Below, in pieces: positions 41,146 to 49,860 of a DNA stretch of 64,000 bases (positions are counted from its first letter, which is position 1; each line of letters opens with the position of its first letter). The translations under genes were made by a program, and so were the position numbers. The stretch is from Pseudomonadota bacterium. GTDB lineage: Bacteria > Pseudomonadota > Alphaproteobacteria > Thalassobaculales > Thalassobaculaceae. The DNA is taken from assembly GCA_036160575.1 (NCBI GenBank), contig JAYYDT010000047.1, positions 2,293 through 66,292 on the forward strand, in the 5' to 3' direction. The notes beneath the pieces are model-generated. The model searched no databases and was not told where the DNA came from. It saw nothing but the letters and a program-made list of their open reading frames with translations.

Positions 41146-41508
41146 ATGACCGACAGCACGACGCCGTTCGACGCGGCCCCCTACTTGACCACAGCGGAGG
41201 CGGCGGCGGCTTTTATCACCGACGCCCTCGACACCGATAACGCGGGCCATGTCGCCGAGGCCCTTGGTGTGGTCGCCCGGGCCCAGGGCATGACCGAGGT
41301 CGCGGGCGCCGCCGGGGTCAGCCGCGCCGCCCTTTACAAAGGGTTGAGCGCGGACGGTGACCCGCGCTTGTCGACCCTGCTGGGTGTGCTGCGCGCGCTG
41401 GGCCTCAGCCTTCGTGTCGCGCCGGAGAACGCCGAAGAGCGCGCCGCCCCAGCGCACCCTTCACCACCGCTCACCGCGCCGCCGCCAGTTCGGCGGTCAA
41501 CTGGCTGA
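41146..41508 (+). CDS. putative addiction-module antidote protein (HigA family, COG3636-like), orphan
   Basis: FDAAPYLTTAEAAAAFITDALDTDNAGHVAEALGVVARAQGMTEVAGAAGVSRAALYKGLSADGDPRLSTLLGVLRALGLSLRV fits the family pattern (FD..YL....I..YL..A......I..AL..IA.A.GM...A...G..R..LYK.LS..GNP). The 3' end overlaps the convergent aminotransferase by about 38 nt, so the exact C-terminus is uncertain. Confidence 0.72.
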   Translation: MTDSTTPFDAAPYLTTAEAAAAFITDALDTDNAGHVAEALGVVARAQGMTEVAGAAGVSRAALYKGLSADGDPRLSTLLGVLRALGLSLRVAPENAEERAAPAHPSPPLTAPPPVRRSTG

Positions 41509-42856
41509 GGGCCTGGTCGAACAGGCTGACAATCTCGTCGATCTCGCCGTCTTCGGCGATCAGCGGCGGCGCGATCATCACCCATTCGCCATAGCGCCCG
41601 CCATTGGTGCGCCGGCCATAAATCAACAGGCCGAGGTCCTGGGCGATGGCGCCGAGCCGTTCGGTCACCCGCCGGTCGGCGGCGAAAGCGCGTTTGCTGT
41701 CCCGGTCTTCGACCAATTCGACGGCCAGCAACAGGCCCTGGCCGCGGACATCGCCAATCAGCGGCTGGCGCGCGGCCAAGCCCGTCAGGCGGGCTTTCAG
41801 GTCGGCCCCCAGGCGGGCCGCCCGCGCCGGCAAATCGCGGTCGCGGGTTTCGGTCAGCACCGCCTCGCCGACGGCGGCGGCCAAGGGATGGCCGGTATAG
41901 GTGTGACCATGGGCGAAGCCGCCGATGGCGGCCACCCGCTCGACCCAGGCGGCCGGCGCCAACAGCGCGCCAAGCGGCAAATAGCCGCCGGCCAACCCCT
42001 TGGCCAGGACCAGCAGGTCCGGGCGCGCGCCGGGCCAGCCGTCGCTGGTCACGAAATGGCCGCTGCGGCCGCAGCCGCTCATCACCTCGTCATGGATCAG
42101 GACCACGCCGTGGTCGTCGCAAATCCGCCGCACCGCCGCGTAATAGCTGGCCGGCGCGACCAGGGCGCCGGTGGCCACCCCGCCGACCGGCTCGAGGATG
42201 AAGGCGAGCACGGTTTCCGGCCCCTCGGCCCGGATCCGTTCGTCCAGCGCGGCGGCGGCGGCTTCGGCGTAGCTGACGGCGTCATGGCCGGCCGGCGGCC
42301 GGTAGGTCAGCGGCGCCGGCACTTTCGGCATGGTCTTGGTGAGCGGGCCGAAGATCTCGCGGGCGGCGGCGTCACCGCCGGCGGCGAAGGCGCCCAAGGT
42401 GTTGCCGTGGTAGGACGGCTCACGCCCGATCACTTTCCAGCGCGTCCCCTCGCCGACCGCGACCTTGTACTGGCGGGCGAATTTAATCGCCGCCTCGATC
42501 GCCTCCGAACCGCCGGAGGTCGGAAACACCCGCTCGAAGCCGGGACCGGCGAGGCCAGCCAAGAGATCGGACATGGCGCGGTTGGCGCGGCTTTCGAAAT
42601 GACCGAGACTGGCGAAGGTGGCGGCCGCCGCCTGAGCGTTCAAGGCGGCCAGCACGCGGGCGTTGCCATGGCCCAGATTGCAGGCGACCGGCCCCGAACA
42701 GGCGTCGAGATAGCGTTTGCCGGCGCCATCCCACATATACACCCCCTCGGCGCGGGCGATCTCGGGTCTGGGCGGTGTGCCCTTGGGCGCGCTGAAGACA
42801 TGCACCGGCTCACCGGCCGGCGCGTGACCCAGCGGCGGGCGCCCGCCCTCAACCAT
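41471..42856 (-). CDS. class III (omega) aminotransferase
   Basis: GVYMWDGAGKRYLDACSGPVACNLGHGN, TSGGSEAIEAAIKFARQY, LIHDEVMSGCGRSG and LAKGLAGGY (PLP-lysine) motifs. Confidence 0.88.
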   Translation of the reverse strand: MVEGGRPPLGHAPAGEPVHVFSAPKGTPPRPEIARAEGVYMWDGAGKRYLDACSGPVACNLGHGNARVLAALNAQAAAATFASLGHFESRANRAMSDLLAGLAGPGFERVFPTSGGSEAIEAAIKFARQYKVAVGEGTRWKVIGREPSYHGNTLGAFAAGGDAAAREIFGPLTKTMPKVPAPLTYRPPAGHDAVSYAEAAAAALDERIRAEGPETVLAFILEPVGGVATGALVAPASYYAAVRRICDDHGVVLIHDEVMSGCGRSGHFVTSDGWPGARPDLLVLAKGLAGGYLPLGALLAPAAWVERVAAIGGFAHGHTYTGHPLAAAVGEAVLTETRDRDLPARAARLGADLKARLTGLAARQPLIGDVRGQGLLLAVELVEDRDSKRAFAADRRVTERLGAIAQDLGLLIYGRRTNGGRYGEWVMIAPPLIAEDGEIDEIVSLFDQALSQLTAELAAAR

Positions 42857-44942
42857 CGCCGCGCGGCACGATCAAGGCGTCGACGGCAAGCGTGCCGTCG
42901 GCGCGCACGATCAGCGGGTTGAGATCGACGCTCTCGATCCGCTCGGCGTTGGCGGCGGCGAAAACCGACAAGCGGGCCAAGGTCGCGGCGAGAGCGTCGA
43001 GATCGGCCGGCGGCGCGCCGCGCACGCCGTCGAACATGGCGCGGCCCTGGATCTCGTCGATCATCCGCCGCGCCTCGTCGACGCCAAACGGCGCCAGGCG
43101 GAAGGTGACATCCTTCAAAACCTCGACGAACACCCCGCCGAGGCCGAACATCACCGCCGGGCCAAACACCGGATCGCGGACCACGCCGGCCACCGCCTCG
43201 ACCCCGCCGGTAACCATTTCGGCGACGATCACCCCGTCGAGGCGCGCGTCCGGCTTGGCCGTCCGCGCCCGCTCCATCAAGGTCGTAAAACCGGCCTTTA
43301 CCGCCGCCGCGTCGTCAAGGTTGAGCAGAACCCCGCCGATCTCGGTTTTGTGTAGGATATCGGGCGAGGCGATTTTAAGGACCACCGGCCCACCGATCTC
43401 GGCCCAGGCGGCGGCCGCCGCCTCGGCACTGTCGACCAGGATATCGCGGCTCATGGCGATGCCGGCGGCGGCCAGAATGGCTTTCGCCTCAAACTCGCCG
43501 ACGGCGCCGTCGGGCACCGGTTTGGCGCCATCCGGCAAGGACGGCGGCGCGTCCGGCCGGCCGCGCCCGAAAATCTCCGAGAACCGAGCGAGCGCGCCAA
43601 CCGCCCGGATCATCAGGGTCGGGTCCTCGATCACCGGATAGCCCATCGCCTCATAGGCGCGGATCAGTTCCTCATCGCCGGTCAATGACAGGATCATCGG
43701 CTCATCGGGGAAGCTGTCGCGCAGATTGCCGAAAATCGTCTTGCAGGCCGGGCCGGTGAACACCGAGGCCGGCACCCCGGCGAGATAAACCGCGTGGGCG
43801 TCGTAATCGGCGCGCTCGATGGTCATGCGGATGTTTTTTTCAACCAGATCCGGTTCATTCAGCGCCTGGGCGGTGAAATCGACCGGGTTGCGCACGGCGG
43901 CGTAGGGGATCATCGCCTTCAGATCGGTCTGCAAATCGGCCGGCATCTCGGCGACCTCCAGGCCATAGCTGCCGCAAGCGTCGGCCATTTGCACGCCGAC
44001 GCCGCCGGAAATGGTCTGCAGGCTGACCCGGTTGCCCTTGGGATATTTGCCGAATTGGCAGGCATAGGCGACGTCCAACATTTCCTCGGTGGTCTCGGCC
44101 CGGTAGACGCCATATTGCTTGAACAAAGCGTCATAGATGGCGTCGGCGCCGGCCAGCGAGGCGGTGTGCGAGGCGGCCGCCATGGCGCCAACCTCGGTCC
44201 GGCCGACTTTCATGAAGATCACCGGCTTGTGGGCGTCGCGGGCGGCTTCCAGGGCGGCGCGCAAACGGTCGGCGTCCTTAACCCCCTCGGCATAGGCGAC
44301 GATCACCCCGACATCGGGGGCGGCGACGTAGTATTCGATGACCTCGGCCACCTGCACGTCGACCTCGTTGCCGGTGGTCACCCAGTAATTGGCGCCGATG
44401 CCGCGGGCCTGGGCGATGGTGTAGATATGGCTGCCATAGGCGCCGGACTGGCTGGCGATGCCAATTGGGCCGGGCGGCACCTTGGTGATCGCCGGGGCGT
44501 TGGCGAAAGTGCCGTACCAGCCTTCGGTCAAGGTGAACACACCGAGGCAGTTGGGGCCGACGATGCGCATGCCACTGGTTCGCGCGATGTCGGCGATCTC
44601 GGCCTGGGCGCGGGCGCCGTCGTCATCCTGTTCGGCGAAGCCGGAGGTGAAGACCACCGCCGAGCGCACGCCGAAGTCGGCGCATTCGCGGATCGCGTCG
44701 ACGGCGATGGCGGCCGGCACCGAGATCACCGCGCTGTCCGGCACTTCGGGCAAATCGCCGACTTTGGCATAGGCTTTGAGGCCCTGGACGGTCTCGCGGT
44801 TGGGGTTGATGGGATAAATATTGCCTTGAAATTCAGACTTGCTGAAATGGATCGGCCGGCCACCGATACGGGCGGCGTTGTCCGAGGCGCCAACCACCGC
44901 GATGGCGCGCGGGTGCAGCAAGGGTTCCAATGAATGGGCCAT
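42849..44942 (-). CDS. ADP-forming acyl-CoA synthetase (acetate--CoA ligase [ADP-forming] family, fused alpha/beta)
   Basis: CoA-binding N-terminus (PRAIAVVGASDNAARIGG...NIYPINPN), succinyl-CoA-synthetase-like flavodoxin domains (GIASQSGAYGSH) and a C-terminal ATP-grasp (VVLKIASPDILHKTEIGGV). Start set at MAHSLEP (44942). The 3' end overlaps the aminotransferase start by 8 nt. Confidence 0.85.
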   Translation of the reverse strand: MAHSLEPLLHPRAIAVVGASDNAARIGGRPIHFSKSEFQGNIYPINPNRETVQGLKAYAKVGDLPEVPDSAVISVPAAIAVDAIRECADFGVRSAVVFTSGFAEQDDDGARAQAEIADIARTSGMRIVGPNCLGVFTLTEGWYGTFANAPAITKVPPGPIGIASQSGAYGSHIYTIAQARGIGANYWVTTGNEVDVQVAEVIEYYVAAPDVGVIVAYAEGVKDADRLRAALEAARDAHKPVIFMKVGRTEVGAMAAASHTASLAGADAIYDALFKQYGVYRAETTEEMLDVAYACQFGKYPKGNRVSLQTISGGVGVQMADACGSYGLEVAEMPADLQTDLKAMIPYAAVRNPVDFTAQALNEPDLVEKNIRMTIERADYDAHAVYLAGVPASVFTGPACKTIFGNLRDSFPDEPMILSLTGDEELIRAYEAMGYPVIEDPTLMIRAVGALARFSEIFGRGRPDAPPSLPDGAKPVPDGAVGEFEAKAILAAAGIAMSRDILVDSAEAAAAAWAEIGGPVVLKIASPDILHKTEIGGVLLNLDDAAAVKAGFTTLMERARTAKPDARLDGVIVAEMVTGGVEAVAGVVRDPVFGPAVMFGLGGVFVEVLKDVTFRLAPFGVDEARRMIDEIQGRAMFDGVRGAPPADLDALAATLARLSVFAAANAERIESVDLNPLIVRADGTLAVDALIVPRGDG

Positions 44943-44974
44943 GTCCGGCCTCCTTCGGTCTAATGGATTGGGGA

Positions 44975-46024
44975 CTAGACGGTGGCGATGGCGTTGGCCG
45001 GCGAACCGACCGCGCCAGGTAAACGAAGCGGCGGCGCGGTCATCAAAAAGCGTGACCGCCCTTGCCCGCGCAGGTGGTCGGCGAGGTCGGTCAAATACCA
45101 CAGCTCGCCCAAATGAATGCCCAGCTTGAAGAGACAAAGATGATGTAGCGGCATGGCCGCGAAATCAGCGCTGTCATCGGCTGGCGGTTTCGACGGCACG
45201 CCTTCGACGGCGTAGTTATCGGCGATCAAAATCGCCACACCGCTGTCACGGATCCAGTTCTGGAGCTTCGGATCGCGGCCATCGAGCACCGGATAGGCAT
45301 TGTGCAAAGCGTCTTTGCTGGGGTGGCCGTCGGCGGCCATCAGCATCTTCCCGAAACCGGTGTGCAGGCAGACGATATCGCCTTCCTCGACGATCACCTG
45401 GTCCTTCTCCAACACATCCATCAAATCGTCATAGCCGACATAATGGCGGGCCTCGCCGAAATGCGCGTACAGGTCGATCAGCACGCCGCGGCCCTGGATA
45501 CAGGCGGCGGCCATGTTTTCGATCCCCAGGCGGCGCACCCGCGCGCCAGGGTAGCGTTGAAACTCGGCGGCGCACTCAACCGTTTGCGGCGCGTCGAGGT
45601 AATCGGCGGCGGTCCAGCCATTGTAGAAACAATGCTCGGCGATACCGTCGCCATCGGCGTCAAAACGGGCGCCGACATGGGCGAAACTGTCCCACTGGCT
45701 GGAGTATTGCAGGCACAGCAGCACCGCGTCGTCGCAGACCACGTCCAAATGGCGGGGGTCGTCAATCGACAGCGGCAGGTTGAAATTGGCCAGCCCGCCG
45801 CGCTCGGTGGCGAAATGGCGCGGCGGAAAGCGCCGCGGGTTGAGATCGCGGCCACCCGGACGGTCGAGCGGCAGGGACAGGCAAAAACGTTTGCCCTCCC
45901 GCACCTCGGCCATCGCCGCCTTGACCCGCGCGGGGGTCAGCAGGTTGACGCGACCCAGTTGGTCATCGTCGCCAAACTCGCCCCAATTCGACCCTTCCGG
46001 CCGCCGCGTCCACCGCTTGCTCAT
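44975..46024 (-). CDS. putative cyclase-family protein (kynurenine formamidase-like fold)
   Basis: 349 aa. WGEFGDDDQLGRVNLLTP...GKRFCLSLPLD...DSFAHVG...GVLIDL...GDIVCLHTGF fits the cyclase/arylformamidase-family layout. Confidence 0.65.
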   Translation of the reverse strand: MSKRWTRRPEGSNWGEFGDDDQLGRVNLLTPARVKAAMAEVREGKRFCLSLPLDRPGGRDLNPRRFPPRHFATERGGLANFNLPLSIDDPRHLDVVCDDAVLLCLQYSSQWDSFAHVGARFDADGDGIAEHCFYNGWTAADYLDAPQTVECAAEFQRYPGARVRRLGIENMAAACIQGRGVLIDLYAHFGEARHYVGYDDLMDVLEKDQVIVEEGDIVCLHTGFGKMLMAADGHPSKDALHNAYPVLDGRDPKLQNWIRDSGVAILIADNYAVEGVPSKPPADDSADFAAMPLHHLCLFKLGIHLGELWYLTDLADHLRGQGRSRFLMTAPPLRLPGAVGSPANAIATV

Positions 46025-46155
46025 CCCCAGGCTCCCGTTTCTTAGAGCTCAATTATTCGGCAGTGGCGGCGGCCGGCGCAAGCACTTCCTGTTCGACGCG
46101 CGGGGCCGACGGATTCACGGATACAGGGCCGGCCAACTCAGCTATACAACCGCCT

Positions 46156-47076
46156 ATGTCCTCGCCGCCCGACATCACCGCCGCCAATAGCCGTCTCGGC
46201 GTCTTGTTGATGTGCTGCGCCACGGTGGTTTTGGCGAGCATGGACGCGGTCACCAAAATCCTCGCCGGACTGTTCGATCCGCCGCAGATCCTGCTGGTCC
46301 GCTGGGCCATTTTTCTGGCCTTGGCGCTGGCCTTGGCGGGCCACGCGCAAGGCGGGGTGCGGCGCGCCGCGATCAGCCGTCGCCCGTGGCTGCAGGTCGG
46401 CCGAGCGGTGCTGCTGGTGGTCGAAATCGGGGTCTTCATCGTCGCTTTCGGTAACTTGCAATTGGCCGAGGTGATCGCCATCGCCGCCAGCGCGCCATTG
46501 ATCATCACCGCCCTGTCGGTGCCGGTGTTGGGCGAAAAGGTCGGCGTGCATCGCTGGACCTCGGTGGCGGTCGGCTTTGTCGGCGTGCTGATCATCCTCC
46601 GGCCGGGCTTCGGCGCGGTCGACCCCTTCCATTTGTTGACTTTGGTCGGCGCGGTGATGTGGGCCAGCTACCAGTTGATGACACGCCTGGCCGGGCGGCG
46701 CGACAGTCCGGAGGTGTCGATGTTCTATCTGGGCGCGGTCGGTTTCGCGGTGCTGGCGGTGGTCGCGCCGTTTTTCTGGCGGCCGCCGACAGTGACCGAA
46801 TGGGGGTTGTTGTTGCTGGCCGGTGGGCTCGGCGCGGTGGGTCACTTTTTAATCATCAAGGCGTTGGCGTTGGCCCCGGCCAGCACCGTTCAGCCGTTCA
46901 CCTTTCTGACCTTCGTCTGGGCCATCGGCCTTGGCTGGTTGGTGTTCGACGCCCTGCCCGACGGGCCAACGGTGTTGGGCGCGCTGATCATTATCGCCAG
47001 CGGTCTTTACGTTTTTCACCGCGAACATCGCCAGCGCGCCGAGCCGAAGGAAATCCCCGCCCCGCGTGATCGCTGA
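46156..47076 (+). CDS. DMT-superfamily (EamA-like) transporter
   Basis: Ten predicted hydrophobic helices in two EamA-like halves (GVLLMCCATVVLASMDAVTKIL...; GLLLLAGGLGAVGHFLIIKALALAPASTVQPF). Start set at ATG 46156. Confidence 0.8.
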   Translation: MSSPPDITAANSRLGVLLMCCATVVLASMDAVTKILAGLFDPPQILLVRWAIFLALALALAGHAQGGVRRAAISRRPWLQVGRAVLLVVEIGVFIVAFGNLQLAEVIAIAASAPLIITALSVPVLGEKVGVHRWTSVAVGFVGVLIILRPGFGAVDPFHLLTLVGAVMWASYQLMTRLAGRRDSPEVSMFYLGAVGFAVLAVVAPFFWRPPTVTEWGLLLLAGGLGAVGHFLIIKALALAPASTVQPFTFLTFVWAIGLGWLVFDALPDGPTVLGALIIIASGLYVFHREHRQRAEPKEIPAPRDR

Positions 47077-47116
47077 TCAAGGGAAAACGGCCGGCGCCAG
47101 GATCAAAGGGTCAGGG

Positions 47117-47908
47117 TTAATACGTCAGGGCGTTCACGGTGAGCTCGGCCGCCGGTTTACCGGCCGGTGTCATCACCCTAAAGACGCCTGGCGCGGCTTG
47201 CAGGCGGATGGTGTCGTCCCAAAAAACCGGCCGGCGGAAGCGACAGATCACATCAAAAGTACGTGGCGGCCGGTTACACGCCATTTCCCCCATCATCCAC
47301 GCCATCGCCATCAAGCCCTGGGCGATTGGCGCGCGGAAACCCATGGCCTGAGCGAAATCCGGATCGAAGTGGAGGAGATTGCCGACATCGCTCGAAAACA
47401 AGGTGACCGCCTCCGGGGTCATGGCGCGACCGGCGACCTCGGCGAATTCAGGGGGTTCCGGCGTCGCCCGCGGCGATAGGGCGGCGGGTTTCGGGGCCGC
47501 CGATTTCGGCGCCGGTTTCAGCCGGTGATGCTCGGCTGTCAGGACCACCTGGCCGGCGCTGTCGGCGAGGGCGAATTCCTGGATAAAAAAGGCGCCATTG
47601 GGTCGCGCTTCGGCGTGCGTGCAGCGGCCACTCAGGGTCAATGTCTCGCCCAGCGCGATCGGTCGGGTTTGGCGGAGACGCTGAGCCATGTGCACGAAAC
47701 CGTCAATCGGCGCGCCCTCGGCCGACAGCAGGCGAAAATTGTCATTGCCGAACAAGGTTGGTTCAGCGACCCCCGCCCAGCGCGCCGGATCGACCCCGCA
47801 AGCTTCCAGACGGCTGGCCTGATAGGCGGCATGGCGCGTGACCGTCACCTGGCGCCAGGCCGCGCCGGGGGTGAAACATGGATGGGTCACATTGGGCGGC
47901 GGCGGCAC
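47117..47908 (-). CDS. double hotdog-fold protein, MaoC-dehydratase-like
   Basis: 263 aa in two halves joined by an Ala/Pro-rich linker (KPAPKSAAPKPAALSPRATPEPP). The C-terminal half has HFDPDFAQAMGFRAPIAQGLM, which resembles the MaoC-type hydratase motif. Confidence 0.55.
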   Translation of the reverse strand: MPPPPNVTHPCFTPGAAWRQVTVTRHAAYQASRLEACGVDPARWAGVAEPTLFGNDNFRLLSAEGAPIDGFVHMAQRLRQTRPIALGETLTLSGRCTHAEARPNGAFFIQEFALADSAGQVVLTAEHHRLKPAPKSAAPKPAALSPRATPEPPEFAEVAGRAMTPEAVTLFSSDVGNLLHFDPDFAQAMGFRAPIAQGLMAMAWMMGEMACNRPPRTFDVICRFRRPVFWDDTIRLQAAPGVFRVMTPAGKPAAELTVNALTY

Positions 47909-47961
47909 TTAATCAATCCCTCCCTAAACTGCGCGTAGCGGGCCGATGCGGGCGCGCACCC

Positions 47962-47987
47962 TAAAGTGTCGCCGGTGACGGCGATGA
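47962..47987 (+). promoter_or_regulatory. weak sigma-28 (FliA)-like promoter match upstream of the CheZ-like gene
   Basis: TAAAGTGT (47962-47969), a 10-nt spacer, then GGCGATGA (47980-47987). The enterobacterial consensus as I recall it is TAAAGTTT-N11-GCCGATAA. That is 7/8 and 6/8 matches with a spacer one nt short. Low confidence. Confidence 0.2.
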
Positions 47988-48052
47988 ATGTAAAGCCCCC
48001 CGGCCATGCATCGCTTTAGGAAACAGTCCAAAATTGCTACTCTTTAATCATT

Positions 48053-48397
48053 ATGGAGGGGCGCATGGCCGACGATGATCCATTGGCGCTATGCCAGCGC
48101 GAGCTGGCGGCCATTGTCGCCGCGACGGAAACCGCGGTGACCGACATACTGGGCGCCATCGAAGCCCTGCGCGACGCCCCGCCGGCGGCCCGGGCGGCGG
48201 CGATCACCGAGATCGTGGCGGCCTGCCAATATCATGATATGGTTGGTCAGCGGGTTCAGCGGATTGAGGCGGCGTTGCACGAATTGGTCGCCGGCGGCGA
48301 CGCCGCCGCCGTCTTACGTGACGGCGCCGGCCCCAGCGCCGGCGCGATTGACCAGGACGATATCGACGCGCTGTTCAACGACGCCGCCGAAGAGTGA
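48053..48397 (+). CDS. miniature CheZ-like protein (candidate CheY-P phosphatase)
   Basis: About 110-114 aa. It has an ATETAVTDILGAIEAL helix, then ACQYHDMVGQRVQRI with D-x3-Q spacing as in the E. coli CheZ catalytic DLTGQ, and an acidic C-terminal peptide IDQDDIDALF resembling the CheY-binding tail of CheZ. ATG 48065, just downstream of a GGAGGGG element, is an alternative start. Confidence 0.45.
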   Translation: MEGRMADDDPLALCQRELAAIVAATETAVTDILGAIEALRDAPPAARAAAITEIVAACQYHDMVGQRVQRIEAALHELVAGGDAAAVLRDGAGPSAGAIDQDDIDALFNDAAEE

Positions 48398-48403
48398 GGG
48401 CGC

Positions 48404-49235
48404 CATGGATATGATCACCCTGCCGGCCGGGGATCGTGTGCCCAGCCTCGGTTTGGGCACCTGGCATATGGGTGCGCGAACCGACAACCGCGCCGCCGAG
48501 GTGCGCGCCTTGCAACATGGGGTCGACTTGGGCATGACCCTGATCGACACCGCCGAGATGTACGCCGACGGCGGCGCCGAGGAGGTCACTGGCGCGGCCA
48601 TCGCCGGCCGCCGCGACGCGGTCTTCGTGGTCTCGAAAGTCTTGCCCCATAACGCCAGCAGGTCCGGCACCGTCGCCGCCTGCGAAGCCAGTTTGCGGCG
48701 GCTCGGCATTGAAACGCTCGACCTCTACCTGCTTCATTGGCCAGGTCATCATCCGCTGGAAGAGACCCTCGGCGGCTTCGAGGCCCTGCGCGCCGCCGGT
48801 AAGATTCGCCATTATGGCGTCAGTAATTTCGACCCCGCCGACATGGCCGATTTGGCGGCCGCCGGCGCCACCGCGTGCCAGACCAATCAATGTCTCTACA
48901 ATCCCAGCCGGCGCGGCATCGAGTTCGACCTATTACCGATGATGGCCCAAGCGGGCATGCCCTTGATGGCTTACTCACCGTTGGAACAAGGCCGCTTGGC
49001 CGATGATCCGGTCCTGACCGAAATCGGCCGCGGCCATGGCGTTGACGCGCTGGCGGTGGCCTTGGCCTGGGTGCTCCGGCGCGGCGATGTGATCGCTATC
49101 CCAAAAGCCAGCGACCTGGCCCATGTGGCCGCCAACCGGGCGGCCGCTGGCCTGGTCCTGGGCGACGACGAACTGGCTCTGATCGACGCTGCCTTCCCGC
49201 CGCCCGAGCGGGCCGCGCCCCTGGAAATCCTGTAA
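48404..49235 (+). CDS. aldo/keto reductase
   Basis: LGLGTWHMG, IDTAEMYADGGAEE, VSKV, LDLYLLHWP and HYGVSNF motifs. ATG 48404 lies 6 nt after the CheZ-like stop. Confidence 0.88.
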
Positions 49236-49239
49236 TCGG

Positions 49240-49860
49240 TTAATCCTCCAAGGCGGTGAGTAGCGGCATCCATTCCTCAATCAACGCCGCCGCCGCTTTG
49301 GTATTAAGGTCGAACAAAGTCAGCCCGCGGGTCGCCAAATCACCATAAAGCGCGCGTTCCGACAGGATCGCGGTAAAGATCAAGTCGCGGTTTTCGGCGA
49401 ATTCGGTCAGGCGCGCCATCGCCCGGCTGCCGGCGCGCACGCGATTGGCGATCACATGCAGGCCCTTGCGCCCCTTGCGCAGGCTTTTGATGCGCGCCAA
49501 GCGGCCGAGGAAACGTGCCGTCGCCATTTCGTCGAAGACCGACGGCAGCACCGGCACCACCACCGCCTCGGCGGTCGCCACAATGTCCTCCAGACGCGCG
49601 CCCCGCAGCGCCGCCGGACAATCCAGGACCACCCGCGCGCTTTTCTTGACGCCGCCGCCAATGTTTTGCGTCCAATCAACGGCCTTCACCGGAAACGCGC
49701 CCTCCGGCCGCAGGGCATGCCAGCGCAGGGCGCTCTTTTGACGGTCGAGATCGGCCAAAGTGGTGGCCACGCCCGAGCGCGACAAGGCCACCGCCAGGTG
49801 GGTGGAGAGAGTGGTTTTGCCACAGCCGCCCTTGGCGTTGAGCACAGCGATGGTTTTCAT
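49240..49860 (-). CDS. small ParA/MinD-family ATPase translationally coupled to the CYTH-CHAD gene
   Basis: 206 aa. Deviant Walker A NAKGGCGKTT and Walker B-like ARVVLDCP. The ATG overlaps the upstream TGA (ATGA at 49857-49860, minus strand). Confidence 0.8.
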   Translation of the reverse strand: MKTIAVLNAKGGCGKTTLSTHLAVALSRSGVATTLADLDRQKSALRWHALRPEGAFPVKAVDWTQNIGGGVKKSARVVLDCPAALRGARLEDIVATAEAVVVPVLPSVFDEMATARFLGRLARIKSLRKGRKGLHVIANRVRAGSRAMARLTEFAENRDLIFTAILSERALYGDLATRGLTLFDLNTKAAAALIEEWMPLLTALED

